This document shows positions 62,819-64,000 of a stretch of DNA of 64,000 nt, in pieces. A model generated the notes under the pieces. That model had not been told where the DNA came from and ran no database searches. It saw only the letters and a program-made list of their open reading frames with translations. The stretch is from a virus. A program made the translations under genes and the position numbers. Where the stretch lies: positions 60,443-124,442 of IMG/VR virus record IMGVR_UViG_3300031857_011362; one strand, written 5' to 3'. Every line of letters starts with the position of its first letter. Positions within the stretch are counted from its first letter, which is position 1.

Positions 62819-63209
62819 ACCATCCATCAAGGAATTGATAACACAAGCTGTAGTAGGTCAGATGCCAGATGGCTGGAAAGATTGGACTATAGAAACCGCA
62901 ATGAAAAAATGGTGGCAGACTGGATTACGTGGAGACAGTCTTCGCCTAACTGAAATTGGAGACATGGCTTTCCGATTAGGTGAGATAGAATTCTATCAAT
63001 ATGATTTCACTGCTAAGATAGAAGGTAGCTATCACAACTACATTTTGGAACTAAGTAGGAAAATAAAATGCCCCTACTACCTTGGGGTAAGTAAGAATGA
63101 AGGTAAGAAGAATCAACCATACATTCGACTTTATGACAGCAAAATTGCAATCATGGTGTCCTTGTATGGAAATATTGATTCTTATTTAAAATCACTAAAG
63201 GTAAGATAA
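62811..63209 (+). CDS. Hypothetical protein
   Basis: Coupled ORF. Confidence 0.6.
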   Translation: MSKPSIKELITQAVVGQMPDGWKDWTIETAMKKWWQTGLRGDSLRLTEIGDMAFRLGEIEFYQYDFTAKIEGSYHNYILELSRKIKCPYYLGVSKNEGKKNQPYIRLYDSKIAIMVSLYGNIDSYLKSLKVR

Positions 63210-63379
63210 TGACAGAAAAGAAAAGCCCAAATCCATTCATCAATATGGCACGTGAAGCAAAAGCACGTGATACAAAGATTACACTTGAAAAAGCCGCACA
63301 AATACACAAAATAAAAGCACCAAAACCAAGCAAAGGCTTTGGTGGTGCACCAGTTAGAAAAACTGGGCGAGGCGGCTAA
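63209..63379 (+). CDS. Small basic hypothetical protein
   Basis: 56-aa coupled ORF MTEKKSPNPF...KTGRGG. Confidence 0.45.
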   Translation: MTEKKSPNPFINMAREAKARDTKITLEKAAQIHKIKAPKPSKGFGGAPVRKTGRGG

Positions 63380-63384
63380 ATTCT

Positions 63385-63416
63385 TGTCAACGGAAACGTC
63401 TTCCAAGGCGTTATAT
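63385..63416 (+). promoter_or_regulatory. Conserved regulatory motif, copy 2
   Basis: TGTCAACGGAAACGTC-TTCCAA-GGCGTTATAT; matches 8240..8271. Confidence 0.6.
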
Positions 63417-63464
63417 ATATGTAGATTATGAAATCTACTTCATTAAACTTAAAGGAAACTTAAA

Positions 63465-63752
63465 ATGAAAACATTAGCAATCGCAATCATCGCCTCTTTC
63501 AGTATTGGTTCTGCCTTCGCACAAGCTGCCAAGCAACCCGAAGGTATTGCCAAAACAGCTCCAGTAGCAACTGCACCGGCTGCACCTGCTAAAGCAGAAG
63601 CACCAAAGACTGAAATGAAGTTGGCTAAGAAGAAAGAAGATAAAGAAGCAGAAGCAAAGGCTAAAAAAGACGCCACTAAAAGTGCACCTGCCAAAACAGA
63701 AGCGGCACCTGCAACAACTGCTCCTAAAGCAGACGCCAAGCCAGCCAAGTAA
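63465..63752 (+). CDS. Secreted Ala/Lys/Pro-rich low-complexity protein
   Basis: Signal peptide ending SAFA; APAK/KAEA repeats; RBS AAGGA. Confidence 0.75.
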   Translation: MKTLAIAIIASFSIGSAFAQAAKQPEGIAKTAPVATAPAAPAKAEAPKTEMKLAKKKEDKEAEAKAKKDATKSAPAKTEAAPATTAPKADAKPAK

Positions 63753-64000
63753 ATTAGATGATGACGATAACTATGATATAGTCGATTTAGACTTGCATCG
63801 TGGTTATGGTCGATTAAGGCTAATTCATACTAATTTATGGGATGATGATGCGGAATTACCCAAACACATCACCGATAGATTAGCTATGATTAGAGAGCAG
63901 GCTCTACAAAAATATAGAGAAGTTATGTTATAATTACTCTATAGGTGATAAATACTTGTGAAGTTAGGAGTTCTTCATAAAAACTCAATTTTTAAACACA

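Noticed and set aside
63682-63933. 83-aa ORF overlapping the secreted protein gene
   Set aside because: The 5' part is an alternate frame of a repeat-rich gene, with no clear start or RBS; the 3' part may code but cannot be delimited

Overview
This is an AT-rich, densely coded fragment of a large T4-like (myovirus-type) dsDNA phage genome in the standard genetic code; a Gram-negative proteobacterial host is my inference. Layout: (1) 1-8.6 kb: nrdA (5'-truncated), nrdB, a GIY-YIG homing endonuclease, glutaredoxin, a PAAR spike protein, a large probable virion protein and a SleB-type cell-wall hydrolase. (2) 8.6-34.3 kb: an island of tailoring enzymes (7 radical SAM, 7 2OG-Fe(II)/Asp-hydroxylase-like, methyltransferases, QueC-like PP-loop, 2 degenerate kinase-like, GNAT, SDR, SGNH, glycosyl- and sulfotransferases), mostly behind TAAATA late-promoter motifs. 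(3) 32.6-45.5 kb: an RNA island with 29 tRNA genes covering all 20 amino acids, all with encoded CCA. It includes a tRNA-Leu(UAA) split by a 213-nt group I intron and a long-armed UAU tRNA, interleaved with about 10 unexplained structured RNA candidates. Several of these are closed by related 12-21 bp stems, and one large RNA encloses a GIY-YIG ORF. The island also holds an attenuator-like leader, boxA motifs, HNH genes, two J-domain proteins and rpoZ. (4) 46-50 kb: an ADP-heptose-type sugar cluster, a metallophosphoesterase and a DD-peptidase. (5) 50-64 kb: small early genes behind near-consensus sigma70 promoters, an SF2 helicase-HNH fusion and an RNase H/5'-3' exonuclease. All calls come from reading motifs and base-pairing by eye; no database searches or folding programs were run.
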